This document shows, piece by piece, positions 13,138 through 50,447 of a stretch of DNA of 64,000 nt. The notes beneath the pieces were generated by a model. The model made no database searches and was not told the origin of the DNA. It worked only from the letters and a program-made list of their open reading frames with translations. The stretch covers positions 34,224,001 through 34,288,000 of the forward strand of contig NC_045138.2 of NCBI RefSeq assembly GCF_008831285.2, in the 5' to 3' direction. This DNA comes from Nymphaea colorata. Lineage: Eukaryota. A program made the translations under genes and the position numbers. The first letter of the stretch is position 1; each line of letters opens with the position of its first letter.

Positions 13138-16100
13138 TTAATTTCTTCTTGGAGAGCCAAAAAATTGCTCCAAGCTCACTGAGGTAAACACGTTAGGAGC
13201 TATATGTGCAGCCCCAGATGGAGAGATGAAAAGCTCATATCTGATGAAACGCTTAACTCATAATATAAAAAAATGACAATTATTAATATAATTTGTAATA
13301 AATATAAACACAAAAAGATAGCAAGAAACAAGTAATGGCAATGGTAAGATAATCTGATAAAGATGATATTCGAATAGGACATCGTTACATGAACACATAC
13401 AGGCATCAATAAAAAATAAAACCATCTAATGCCATTTTTTGTTGACTTGAAGTCATTAAAGAATTGAATAGCACAAACAGTATCATGCATGGATGTTGGA
13501 TGCCACAAGTACAAACTCTTCAACAATTAGAGTTAACAAATTAGAAGTAAATGTGAAAAGAATAAGAAGTGAAAAAAAAAGGACATAAGAATAACAAATT
13601 ACAAAAGTAAAGCAACAGGAAAAGGGGCATCAGTAGAAGTCCAGAACATGTTTTACAAGTAGTGCAAATCTTTTTACGTGTATGTCATGTATCAGTTCTC
13701 TAAAGAATCTTCCTCTTTTTTAAACTAAAATACACTCAGTAAGAAAACCAAGTGAATCCTTCACAATTGCTACACGTGCTAACCTGTCTGCTAACATTAA
13801 CTACCAATTCATGTTTCAAATTAGCTAATGGCTTGAGCATATGAAGAACAATATACATACAGCCAACTGGGAGATAATATCAAGATTTGAGTCGATATGC
13901 CAGTCCGGTTCAAGTTGGCGAACAAAAGATGTCCTTCCATTTTCTGTGCTACAGAATAGAACCTGTAGGGATTTGAGGACAATATATTACAGAATTGCTA
14001 GGTGAAAACTGAAGGAATCCAGATATAAAAGTAATAGAGCATAAAAATTACAAAGTGAACAAACTTATTACATGAAGAAGGCGGCATACATGCTGATGCA
14101 ACTATATATTGAGGACACAATCTGCTCACCTTATTGAGAATGTATATATGATGTATTAGTAATGAAATGACATAAGCAGGAGTAGTTTATAAAAGGCAGT
14201 AACTTAGGTTATCTGCAACTCAATTGGATCAAAAATCTTATCCAAAGGAAAAGTAGGGGGAACACATGCATCAAACACTCTTACTAATGCAATACCACTA
14301 CAAGGAAACTCGACATACTTCTTAGGAAGAAGCTTTGGATGTTACAAATGTCAGGAATACATTCTTGATGTTATAAATGGCATGCTAAGCTAAGTTGCCA
14401 GTTCCAACATATCTGGAAGGCAGATAATTCCTATGTCATCCTAAATCAGGAATTAAGAGTCACACTCATCTATTGCCTAAACACTTCAAACTGACAAACA
14501 GAACAGGCGTTCTATTTTTCAGCCATAAATGGATTAGTTAAGAAATCAAGAAAACTGATTTGCAGAAAGAGAAACAAGCATAAACCAAATGAGCAATTTG
14601 TTTAACGGTTCTAAGAAAATCAAGAACGCAAACCTCAATCCAGAGAAATTAAAATGTCTAACAAGCTGACATCCTGAAGTAGCTAGAATACTTTCCTCCA
14701 ATCTTGAGATTACAAATGTCATCTAATTTATACCTTATCTTTGATCAGTCCCCCAGAACCAAAAGCACCAGCATCCTCCAAAGCCTTGAGAACTCTTTCC
14801 TGCAAATTAATTTAAATAGAAATAGAGCTATATCAAGTTGTTACGACAATCAGAAAGCCTGCAATTCAGATTGTTCTGATGCCATACAGAAGAAGTGTCA
14901 CTATAAGTGTCAAAAGATGAGGTAGCAATATACAAAGATAAATGTATACGTATTTAATTCATCTAAAGTACTAGCCTACTAGGAATGGGAACTCTAATAT
15001 TGTAGGACAATATTGCTCATAGCCGCTTGCCCTTCACCAATAAGCATAGAAGGTTCAAAAGAATGGTACTTGAGAGCTCCATTAAGCAAATATTAGGGAT
15101 TGCAGACCAAATAGGAACAACAAAATGTGAAAGGCTTCAAATCAACATAACAGGGAACCATCAAGCTAATCATACAACAGTCTTCTCCCAATACAACACT
15201 TGGAGCTGGCATGCTGAATGCTTGCAAATTGATTACTTTTACCCAACAAATAAGCTATTTATATCAAGAAATCTACAATGAAGGCTGTAAACTTGCAAGG
15301 GAAGTTGTTTTGTCACTTCAAGTCAGTTTCACTTTGTTTGGCACCTCTTCTTCAGAATGTCTAAACATTGCTTCAAAAATAAAATACCTAAAAATTTTCC
15401 ATATTTACAATGATAACAAGCAAACAAATAACACAAATTGCGCAAAATTAAAATGCAACACATCATTAAGCACAACAAAACTAGACATGATCCCAAGTCA
15501 TTAGACATTCAAAGCATGTAGCCAAGTTTCTGAAGAAAAAAGAGCTTAGTTTCTGCTCAAGTGTACCATAAAAATAAGAGAATCACAAAGAAGAATAAAA
15601 TGTTAATAATGAAACACTGTCAATATAATAAGTTCAAAAATGATCATGTGCACACAAAAAAAAGCTAAATAATCAGAATAACAATGAATTTCACGCACCC
15701 CACTTTCATCATCCACAATTCTCTCCATAAGATACAGATCACAGATTTTGGCAACTTCAACCAACACTTCCAAAACAGATTTCCTGATTGTTGCATGTAT
15801 CTGCTCATGAATTATTAACAAAAGGTCATTCTCACATTGTGCTAAATATGCGAATTACAAGAACAAGACCCTCCAGCAGACCTGGAGCTCTTCTGGATCA
15901 TTCTCCTCAAGCACCACACCAAGTAATCGGCATGTGACCTGCATGGGAAAAGAACAGGAGATGGGGTGAGAAAAATAGGAATACAGCAATTGTTCATATA
16001 TTCGGTACCAAAAGTTTAACTACTCCTCTGCACAAATTCTGAAGCTTTTCTGTAACAAGTAAAACATGCATAACATGACTCGAGAACCTGACAAGCACCA

Positions 16101-18007
16101 AGGATTATTGGCATTCAGAGTCCAGACAAAGTGACTGGACACAAACCAAGTGTGTGACAAACAGGTCATTCGAGCTCTTCTTCACTGAAAAGGGTGTCGC
16201 AAGTAAAAGAGAATAAGAAAATTCAAGGGAAGAACTAACATGACTTGGTTAAGCTAGTAGTGCATTATACACTTTATGTACCTTTAGCAGAAAAGGGCCC
16301 CATCAAGCAATATGAGTATTGGAGACAATTTTTCATGGATTAAGTGATTAAGTTGATCTGATTTCTTAATCAGCTTACATTATGGTTTCTATATCCAATA
16401 CATGCAAATAAATACAGAAGCATTCGGAGATCAGACCCACTACCGTCTATAAGCAACAGTTCTCATGATACCTTTCTACCTTCACTTAGTCTTTGCCTCA
16501 CTATATGCCCAAGAGTTAACTGTCAATGAAAATGAGGAAAATGTCAATGACATACCATGGCCTCATGAATCATAAACTTGTAAATAGTTCATCTTTTTAT
16601 TCTCTTTAGGGACTACAAAGTATTGGACACAATTTTGTACCTTTGCTGGTTGAAAGAAGTCACTTATTGCATCCTGTGTCTCTGGGTTATCCAAAGATGA
16701 GGTTAACCTGGATGTCAGTATTGACTCATTTGATGGGCCAACTCCAGCAGTACCTGACATAGAACCTTGTAGATGGTGTCGCCCTCTGTGTTGTCCACTG
16801 GGGGTCCTCAATAATTTCCACATAAAGACCACAGTTACAGCTAAACCGACAATAGCTCCAATGGAATGAGCACTCTGAAGCACACAAAGTAAAAATGAGA
16901 AAAGCTCTTGCCAAGACTACCCAATTTCTCAAAAATATTTGATGGGTCAATCTCCATGCAGCTTCTTCACTACTGCACCGAAAGTCTTTTAGTGGATATT
17001 AACACTTCGATATTTTCAGGCCACATTTATCCGACTGCAGTATAGATCCATGGTTCTTTAGAAAATAAAATCCAGTTCCATCATACTGAGCCGCTTAATG
17101 AGATAATAGGGTTTGTATCATCGATCCCAACTGATTTATCAGACGCAAAAGGAGTCCCTAAATAGACAGCCACGTTCTCCCTAAGTTAGATAACATTCAG
17201 AGGTGTCATGTTAGAGGAATGGTTGTTGCCACAGCCAAGAAACATTGCCGATTTGAAGAAGTGTCGGCATTTACAATCATATGGATGGACTTGTAAACAG
17301 ATTCAAGACAAAAGCCTCTCAAAACTGAGGAAAAAGGGCCCAGAACGAGGAATTGCAAATTCATCAAGGGGTTCAACTCAGACACACGGTACGGGCACGT
17401 GTAACGCTGCCTAATCCAGGTTCTGAAAGATGGATCGTTTAATGCTTCAATAGTTAATCAAGCAACTAAGTATGCAAATACTGAACAAGGGGGCAGGACA
17501 AAAATGTCTACATGGTATACGGATACGGACTCCATTTCGAATGAGAAAAGATCAGCACACAGGCGCACAATTGATCTTCTTGCATAAGATGCAAACCAAT
17601 ATTGAATTCCTATCCCAATACAACATTAAATCCATTGAGAAACCTAGCGAATTGTGGTAGCAAGCGCCAACCACCAGCATAACTTTATCAGTCCCAACTA
17701 AACAATTGGGGCTTCAATAAATGGTTCCTTTGGAAGGTCCGTATTCTATGTTCTTGACCACTTGCAAAAACCAAACCAATCATGGATACAAATTTGTGAA
17801 CAGAGCTTCGTGATCAATAATCAGCGGGGAAAAATTTTGTAAAGAAGCGGAAACAAAGAAAAGAGAAAAGGAAGCAGGAAAGACATTGTGGGGTACCCAG
17901 TCATGTGCAGAGACGCGAAGGAGGCTTGACATCTTGAGTGTTAGATAGGTGCCGATCTTCTTTACCATCTGGGCCAGTTCTTCTTCTTTGGAAGAAGAGT
18001 CGGCCAT
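13138..18007 (-). CDS. PEX22: Peroxisome biogenesis protein 22, 8 exons
   Basis: Exons 18007-17897, 16874-16641, 16519-16472, 15938-15882, 15800-15699, 14799-14734, 13962-13861, 13251-13138. N-terminal TM (SIGAIVGLAVTVVFMW), VTCRLLGVVLEE, DLYLMERIVDDES, VLFCSTENGRTSFVRQLEPDWHID and PNVFTSVSLEQFFG match recalled plant PEX22. Confidence 0.93.
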
Positions 18008-19044
18008 GGTGGTGTAGGAATGGCAAGCCGCACGGAGAACTTGGCTTCTATGGACTCAGATGCAGAAGGTAGTTGCCCGGTTGGTCCAGTTCGACGGGTA
18101 CAGTAAACTCAGAACAACTTGACTTGAATCTGACGGAACCGTCTACCTTTGCCTTTTACTTTTCGCCCTTCGTTTTTCTTTTCGACTCGGTTTGAATAGA
18201 ACCAGAATTGATGTTTATAGCAATAAGGAGTGTTCGAACCTTTGAAAACCCAGGAAGTAGAAAAAAAATACGAAAAATAAGGATGATTTATGTGGTTCAA
18301 TGACTCCATCCAATGGAAAACAATGAACAGCTATTACTAAATAATAAGAAATGGAAAACGGAAAAGTTATTGCAGACCTAAACCTGTGCACCTACTGCCG
18401 TACTTTTCTTTTTTTTTCTTTGTCATCACTCTGATCCATTTTCAGCAGACACCTGAATCAATGCACCTGCTGCGTTATTTTCTTCTGTTTTCCATTTGAA
18501 TCAGCCGATTCATTTCACTAACTAAAGAAAGTGCAAGTTAAATTTCGAGTATTCGAATTGGATTGGCCAAATCAGGGCGACTTAAATGGACTTTTTTGGG
18601 TGGCTGATTAATGTCGATTTGACAACACAATTGTGTGCTTATAGTCTAATTATCATTTTTAGGTGGATAGCAGATAAACCACTCTCTCTGATGAAGACCT
18701 TTTCAAGCCTAAGAAGTTGGGGCCCAGGATTTTTAAGGAGACGCATATCTTAAATTTTCATAAATTCAAATGTCTCGTTTGAAATGAATTTGCAAAGGCA
18801 TGAGAACCGTTTACCGCAGTTCTCCAAGCGGGGAAGAAAATGCTACGCTTTAAAATGAAAATCGCACGTGAACGATTGGACAGAAAAGGCAGCATACATA
18901 TCAATCAAAAACTAAATGGGGCTTTTCATTCTGCAAGTTTACTTTACTTTGCTGGGAGGCAGGAAAAGTTTGATGCATCCTAGTTTAACCCTACAATGGC
19001 GATCGAGTAGCCGAGTACTTTCACCTTCAATATCAACATTGTTA

Positions 19045-19776
19045 GGGGGTATTTGGTAACCAAAAAAACACTAACACAGTGAATCTGTCTCAAATATAAT
19101 ATTTAAGTAGAATATATTAGAACACAATGTTGTTCCATAAGTTTTTGCCCCAATCTTCTGAAACAGATTCGTGGAACACTGTGTTAGTGTTTCTGCGCTC
19201 CCATAAGGCTGCACATGGGCTGAGTTCGAACTGAGCTTGATTTGTCACAAACCTGGCCCAACCTGGACGGGGACAGACCAAGCCTGGCTTTAACTCAAGC
19301 CCCTCTTAATTGAATGAGTTGAACCCAACTTGTTAAAAGTATATAGATTACCCAATCTGACCCGGCTCGTCCCTGTTGATAAACTGACATTCACATGGCG
19401 CTTGATAATCAAGTCTTTTTAAGTTTGAATTTCTCTATGTAAATCGTTATTTTGAAAAAGACAATTTTGATTCTAAAAACTGACAATTTGATTCGAACCC
19501 TTGAGGTGGGATTTAATCGAAAAATATATTTAAAACATGCTAACCAATGATACCTTACAAAAGCACAAATACACATGTGGTATGCAGATAAACATGATGA
19601 CTAAAAAAATAAAGCTATTTCTGCCGGGCTGAAATTGGAAATTTCAAGTCAAAGTCAAAGAACGCACCCAACCCATTAGCACGGGATGGGTCTTGGATCA
19701 CTCACCAAGGTGCCGAGCTCGAGCCGGGCCACGACAGATTGGTGTCAACACCGAGCATGGCCCCTAATCGCTCCCC
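19045..19776. mobile_element. Degenerate Tourist-like MITE with a probable nested hAT-like MITE (about 19204-19766)
   Basis: TTA then GGGGGTATTTGG at the left end; internal inverted pair aacactaacacagtg / cactgtgttagtgtt; the insert is rich in gccc/accc motifs and flanked by duplicated cgctccc. Boundaries uncertain. Confidence 0.4.
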
Positions 19777-20009
19777 TAACACTGCAACATTCTGTTCAAG
19801 TTTTGGAATGCAGATTCAACTTATGAATCCGCTTGTATGGGCAGCATCTTTGACTATCTTATAGAAACCCCATCTAAAATCCACAATCCTAAATAAATCT
19901 GAGCTGCCATTTTACATTCGTAGATTCCTTTGATTGGCGAAGCTGGCATGGGCAAACACAATAACGCACAATACCATGCGGTTTAGATTCCACTGAACTT
20001 GATGACATA

Positions 20010-20051
20010 ATATCTTTCTCGGCCTTTTGGCTAAGATTAAGTGCAGGATCT
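20010..20051 (+). pseudogene. 3'-truncated U2 snRNA fragment (first ~42 nt)
   Basis: ATATCTTTCTCGGCCTTTTGGCTAAGATTAAGTGCAGGATCT matches the recalled plant U2 5' end ATACCTTTCTCGGCCTTTTGGCTAAGATCAAGTGTAGTATCT at 38/42 positions. No downstream U2 body and no clear USE/TATA. Confidence 0.85.
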
Positions 20052-21102
20052 TGACGAGACACCACAAGAACACATGCTATTGGTTTAGAAACTGTTAACA
20101 GGAACCCTTGGGTACCCTTTCGGAGCCTTTAGTATCATGAACACTTTGTGGGTATTTCACGAATCTTCCTCACAAATTGGATCAGGTTTATGAAACATTT
20201 AAACAAGCACCATCTCAAGCTCACATGAACACCGTTAGATTGCACGATAGGATCAGTATACTGTAAAGAGATCGTAGAGATGTAATGCAATGTGTGGAGG
20301 AAGGCATTATTTCTTTTTATGTACAATTGATTGAATTTCAAACTTGGGCGATACATACAAGGTAGAATGCTGACAGAAAGATGTAAACAGAAACAAGGAG
20401 TAAGAGAAAAAAGATGGTCAATCATTGCAAAAACTGGAATTCAATAATTTACAAGGGGCTTAGTGCATCTTTATGCTTGTCTGCATCCAAATTTCTGTTT
20501 CGTAGCACAGAGCAAAAATTGAAGTCTCAAGATCCATAAGAAAAGGCTATTTCAGCTTTCGTCACACCCAACCTTCTTGTCTGCATGATTAAGAAGGAAG
20601 AAACAGTTTTCTGAAATAACCAAATTGCTGAAATAAGCTTCCACTAATTTTTTTAAAACACACACACACACACACACACAAGAAAAATGTCAAAGTTCGC
20701 CAGCATAGCTTCTACTTGCTACAGTTCCCTGTTTACATGATGTGCTCTATACCTCCAGCAGAACAGTAATACTATGTTAAGCCATCACACTTGTTCGAAA
20801 TGAAAGCTTTCATACAAAGAAAGAGTAAACTGTAAAGTGCTAAAGGAGGAGAGAAATGTAACTTTTTTCTCGCATAGGCATTGTATACGCTGGGACCTAC
20901 ATTCAAAAGATAGCCCAAGTTGCTAGAGCAGCAAAATCTTAATTTACGTTATGATTGCATCCGTGGCGCTTAATTCTCGGTGTTTCGATATTTAACAGTT
21001 GCTAAGATTGGAAAACCAAGCTAGTCTGACATACATAAGATCTGCAGCGGATTGCCTATCCCACTTTTGACAGTTGACGCCCTCTCTGTACAGTTTACAG
21101 AA

Positions 21103-23546
21103 TCATTCCTCTTCTGTAATGGCCTCTTCCCCGTTGTCCAAGGACAATGGAGGCAACTTTTCAATTTTCCTTTCAGATGAATACCACAACATTTCCTTTT
21201 CCAGATGCAGGCAATAGCTCTCGAAAACACGAGAGGTCACCATTACACTGAAGTCAAGGAGAAAGAGCAATTCCAGTTCCAGCCGGTTCAGTTCTTCATT
21301 GCTTACACCACCAACTCTAGCATAAAATGCATTATTGTAGTGCCTGCAAACCCAGAAACAGCATGGACAGGCGCATGGTTGATTAGCTTTAAAAATAATC
21401 ATCTCAATTAATATGATACCTAAGCAGAATGCCCAACATAAATGCAATTTGTGAAGAATCAATAAACATACACGCACATGAAGTCTCAATTAAGCTCATG
21501 GATAGGGATCTACCCACCTGTTCCAAGTTTGAGGCCTCATGCAGGCATGGCCTGAACAAGAGGCATAATGAGAAAAAGAAAAGAAGTTTTCTCAGGATTA
21601 AGGGAACTGCCCTCAGACTTTTACTATGTCAGAACAGCAACAATAGGTACAATGAAGCAAAGAAGAGCACAGCTGGAGGCTGGGTCCAGCAACAATAGGT
21701 ACAATGAGGCAAAGACCAGCACAGCTGGAGGCTGGGTCCAGCAACAATAGGTACAATGAGGCAAAGACCAGCACAGCTGGAGGCAGGACACTGTACAAGT
21801 TAGAAAATTTTAAGCAGCAGCAGTACAGCCTGTCTGTAATAATAAACATTGATGGACCCACAAGGTGGGATCCCCCTACAAAAATTAACATCACTATCCT
21901 AAGATGCCATTGACCTAGAAAATGAAGGCACACGGTCGACAGATTCAGGACGTCCCCTGCTGCCTTGGATTCTATGAACAATAAACTCCAAGCAGAAAAG
22001 TCCCTTAACGTCCTGTTCTGATAGAAAAGAACAGAACCGTTTGGCCATTTCGTTTGGGTTATATGATTGTCGGCCTCAGCCTTGAAGCCTACTCTTGCAT
22101 GGAGATCCCTTCAAATTCGGGATTTTCAGTAAAAGTCCGAACACCTAACAATGTGAGTCTGATCAGATGTTTCAATGATCTTGGTAGGAGTTCCTTTTTC
22201 TTTACAAATACAAGTACGCAACATTCAAGCAAACAAGATCTCAACCAAAACACACTTACTTCCTAGATTTTAGAAGTCACTGCTACTGCTGCTAAAATAG
22301 TGGGGATTACTTAATCGTCCCAAATAGTTCCAGCGGTCCGATCAAGAATTTCAAGCTTTGGTGGGGATACTAGTAGGTTAAACCGATTTTTATGGATATC
22401 ACGGACATTAATTTGTTGCGTTGCAAATAATAAGAAGGATATTAAAGACTTCATGCAAAAACCCAAAATCTGATCAACTTGCCTTTGGTGTTTGTTAAAC
22501 AGCGTCCAAGAAAGAAAGATAAGGTAAGAATTGCATCAATTGTGTAAAAACGGGCAAGAAGTGGGGAGACAAAGACAAACAGAGAACTTCGGAAGCGCCA
22601 TTCTGAAGTATTTATTTCCAATCAAAAGTGGAAAAGAAAGCAAAGATCACATGAAGCATAAAAGTTGCCACGACAACCTTTTCCCGCATGATATAGGGAA
22701 AGGATTTCACGTGAACAAATTCGCGCTTGAACGCAACCTTTTTTGCCGGACCCTCCTACTTCTTTTCCTCACTTTTTTGTTTGCAAAGCAACTTAAATCT
22801 CGGGAAAAAGGAAAAAGAAAAAAGAAAAAAAAATGAGAATTTTCACAAAATCCAGCATGTCCACCACAGAAAACCAAAAAGGAAAAGGTGATAAAAAGAA
22901 CCAAAGGACAGGATCAGACTATCAGTCAGATCCCAACTACCGTAAGGACGAAGGATAAATGAAAGCCGGAAAAAATACTACAAAGGCCGACTGCAAGGCC
23001 CCAATTCACTTCAGGCAGAAATGATCAAAGCTATTTTTCGGTTTCAATTGGTATAAATCTATACCTTACAGGTCAAAAGAAAAAGGCGAAGGAAGGAAGT
23101 AAGCGAACAACTTACACGTCATCGAGCACCTTCGTTGCCACCATGATACTAGTCACGAGCAGACGGTGTACATTGAGGGAGACGACCGGCGAGCTCGGGT
23201 TTCTGTGCACCAGCCTATCAATGAAGATATAGCCGACCACAAAGCAGGAAGGGCTGCAGTTGGTGTACCTATAGATTCTCTCCAGGTACTTGGAGATGCT
23301 GATGCTAGGAGCCTTCACCCCATGGAACACACTTAGTCTCGAGGTCTCAGCAGTAGCCAGGTCCAAGCACACCTGGTCGTTCCTGGCCACCAGCCGTTCG
23401 AGCACCACTGACAGCATTGTGAGTACCCGCGGCATCGCGGACGAGCTCGCCTCAGCCTCGTCGGAATCCGGCGCAGCGGGGCTGCCGTCCTCTGTTCTTT
23501 CATAGTAGTGGTCGTCATCGACGGCGACCAAGCCCGCCGGCGGCAT
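21103..23546 (-). CDS. CYCU1-1: P/U-type (PHO80-like) cyclin, 2 exons
   Basis: Exons 23546-23116 and 21343-21103. Motifs PRVLTMLSVVLERLVARN, FHGVKAPSISISKYLERIYRYTNCSPSCFVVGYIFIDRL, SLNVHRLLVT, LDDVHYNNAFYARVGGVSNEELNRLELELLFLLDF. Confidence 0.92.
21635..21785. repeat. 52-bp minisatellite, about 2.9 copies, in the cyclin intron
   Basis: Unit cagcaacaataggtacaatgaggcaaagaccagcacagctggaggctgggtc starts at 21635, 21687 and 21739. Confidence 0.95.
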
Positions 23547-23857
23547 CTAGGTTGTGTCCAACGGAGCCTCAGCGCTGCCCATGCCCGGACCGGCAATCGC
23601 CGCGGCTAAGCATGGCAGGCCGGGCTTTTGTTTCCCTTGCAAATGCCATGTAAGCACGTTCCGATTCGTCGGGCTGATCTTATGCCGTCGGGACACGTGT
23701 CTTTCTTATCGACTGGGGCTGTCTGCTTGTAATGCAGCCAACAGGAAGCTGACACGTTTGACGGGATAAAGCTGCGAAAAGCATGAATGCTACAGCTGGG
23801 ATCGGCTTTTTGTTTTGGCCAAAAATGGACGGATGAGATTGGAGCGAGTTTCCTTCC

Positions 23858-23867
23858 GACCGTTGGA
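23858..23867 (-). promoter_or_regulatory. MSA-like element upstream of the cyclin gene
   Basis: TCCAACGGTC matches YCYAACGGYY about 310 bp upstream of the ATG. Motif match only. Confidence 0.3.
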
Positions 23868-24929
23868 TACCTAGTTTTGCCCGGTGAGACGCCCATGACC
23901 GATGGCTTTTAAACCGCTCCGGTCCAAGGCTTAGTCCTTCGATTATTTGCCGACTCATATTTGACGTTTAAGGGAGTTAGCATGCAGGAGAAATAATTAG
24001 TGGTGGCTGTGAATAAATGATTTGAACACCAAAATTTACGAGCACTCGCTGTCTGTCCAACCTAAAAAAAACCATAAAAGATGAACAGGAAGGCACTAAA
24101 CCACATGGTTTCACTTCTTCAAGATGCAAGAATTTGTCTCCGTTGCAGTTTGCTCCAGAATACATCATACCTACACTTTACTCCAATTAGTCAGTGCTAG
24201 GAAAAATAAATAAAAGAAAAGCCCGAGTGAGATTAATGGTTATAGCTGGCTTAATTTATACCCGACACTCTATTTAAGCGAAAATCGTTGAACACCTATC
24301 AGATAAGCGCCGAAAAAAAAATAGGAAATTAATTAGCGTGGAGACGATCCCTGAAGTTACATAAGGGGAAAAAACATCATAAAAGAGTATAGGACAGATC
24401 AAAAGGAGGCCAGGTGAGAGAGAAAGATCAGCCGAAGGGAAAAGATCCTGACCCAATCGGAGGGCAAAGTGGACGTCGTAGCTGGTAGCAGTAGTCAAGG
24501 GAACTGGACACATCCACTTATCTGACAATATGAATTTATAATGCTTACGGATGACAATAACAAAACATAAATCAGATGCTCTATCGGTTGATATCAAAGA
24601 CGACCACCAAATTGTTGCCACCCAAGAGACAATTTGGCGTTTGGGTTTCTGAACATAGGGTTTTTACAATTCGATAAAAATCGTATCATCGCCACCGCCC
24701 TACTTTTCAATTTTATGAATTAAAAAAAATAAAATATTTAAATTGATTTATTAAAAATTAATAAAAATCTGCATTCGCCTGGTATCGTATCGTCGCTGAT
24801 ACTTTTGGAGCTTTTATATGATGGGAACCGCTACTTCTGATACAGATTTGATTGATAACTCAGTCTAAACGCTTTGGTCATTTATACCAACTTACATACA
24901 CTACATACAAATGTTTTGGGTAAAACCAA

Positions 24930-48712
<23,783 letters not shown>

Positions 48713-49926
48713 TCTAAAGAACAACCTGAACGGTTCCAGTAACAGAAAGGAAAATAAAAATCATTACACAAAAGGATACTTGACAAGCCTGTACATTCGA
48801 ACAATGAATAGTTATGCATAGAACTTATGCTCATCCAACCGTTTATTATAGAAATCCAAATCACAGCGGACTAGCATATTTAAGTCTACCAGACGGATCT
48901 TTTTACTTCAGGAAGAGAGCACGGGGATGAAAAAATTAAAGTAGTGCAATGCTTTCTTTGGCAATCATGCAAGATTGCGTACATTAAAGAGGAAAACTGT
49001 GAAGAATGAATAAAGAGTGACAATGGGTCAAAAATTGGTTTGTGCTGCAGGTGGGGATTTTGAATTGGCATGGAGAAGGAATAGAAGGCACAAAGGGAAG
49101 GATGCTAGTGGGTGTCAACATAGAGAATAGAGAACTGCAATCGGCATACGTACAGAAGACGGACAGGGTTGGGGAGAAGAATCCGCCCGAGCGTGTGACA
49201 AAAGGACACCAGGTGCTTTGGATTTTGCCCGAAAGGAAAATCCTACCGCAAGAATCCGACGTCTCTATCTTTTCCTATGTCAATGATAGCAGAGAACGTG
49301 GGATGATCATCTTTGTAATTCCGTCTTTAATCGGCGATAACAACATAACGAAGAAATGTTGGAGGCGAAGTGGTCGATCAAAGCCCTGCCGTTCTTCAGA
49401 GAGATGCCATCAAATATTAGGATCTTGAGAGAGAGTCAGCCAGAGGAAGTAGATAAATGTGAGAGAGAGTGAGAGAAAGAGCTAGCAAGAGAGAGATTGG
49501 AGTTGTCACCGGCTCTGCGGATGGCCATCGGTGGCTGCTGAGGCGACGAAAATGATGACGAAGCGACTATAGAAGAGAACGCGAGGCTGAGAAATCGAGA
49601 CACGATTCCAGCCAAACTCAACAGATAGATGGAGATACTGCTACTACAATACAAATAAACGACAAGGAATACCTAATTTATCCTTAATTTTGCGATCGAT
49701 CGTCTCCCAGTACTCGAAGCAGCCACCGGCGATCGCGCCCTGAAAATGAAACCTCCGGTTATGAAGGCGTGTTGGCTCGTCCCCTCAAGAATTCGAGACG
49801 GGAGAAGAAGCACTGCCTCGCCGGGATGGTTGTCTCCTCCTATCCGAGCGTCGCCACATCGCTTGAGAAAATGAGATGAGATCGACCCGCGGTTTGTAGG
49901 TCTTTTAAACTGTGTGGGGAAAGTTC

Positions 49927-49966
49927 TTTCGCGCGCGCGGCGCGCTCACTCGACAGTCAGTTCAAA
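49927..49966. promoter_or_regulatory. E2F-like and CHR-like motifs upstream of TIO
   Basis: TTTCGCGC at 49927-49934 and TTTGAA on the minus strand at 49961-49966, in a GC-rich block upstream of the probable 5' UTR exon. Motif match only. Confidence 0.35.
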
Positions 49967-50296
49967 TTTTCGGCTCCGGGTTGGTGGTGATGGGACCCAC
50001 GACCCAGATTCATTTCCCTCACGCTATTCTGGACCCGGGTCCCGGACCCCGTCCGATATCCTACCCAACCCATCCAGACCACATGCTTTAGCCTTCATGC
50101 GACCCACAACAAGTACATATGCAAAAGTGTTGGACTCTATATATTATGGTTTTGGAACTCATTGCAGCTCTGGATCCAAAATGAATCTCTTGAATCAAGC
50201 ATGGAACGATCCATGTAACGACGTAAAACAAAGGCGAGCGTTCATATCCTCCAGCATGATTAGATTCTAAGGCAAGTGTTTAAAGGATAAAATTTA

Positions 50297-50447
50297 GTGT
50301 TTGTTTGCTTGTAATTGTTTCATAAATCTATGCCAAAAATTGAGGCAGATTCATAAAATACTTGTTAAGGTGCTCTATGAATCTGCCACAACCTTTGAAC
50401 CATGTTAATGGAACAGTTACGTACTGTTTCATTTACAAACAAACCTT
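50297..50447. mobile_element. Degenerate Tourist-like MITE
   Basis: Ends gtgtttgtttg...caaacaaacc flanked by TTA/TAA; internal atgaatctgcc / ggcagattcat motifs shared with the MITE at 61736. Confidence 0.4.

Noticed and set aside
20010..20210. Functional U2 snRNA gene
   Set aside because: Similarity ends at about nucleotide 42, the GTAGTA branch-pairing motif is mutated, and no Sm site or USE is evident.
21635..21785. CRISPR-like array
   Set aside because: Units are contiguous with no unique spacers, there are no cas genes, and the context is a eukaryotic intron.
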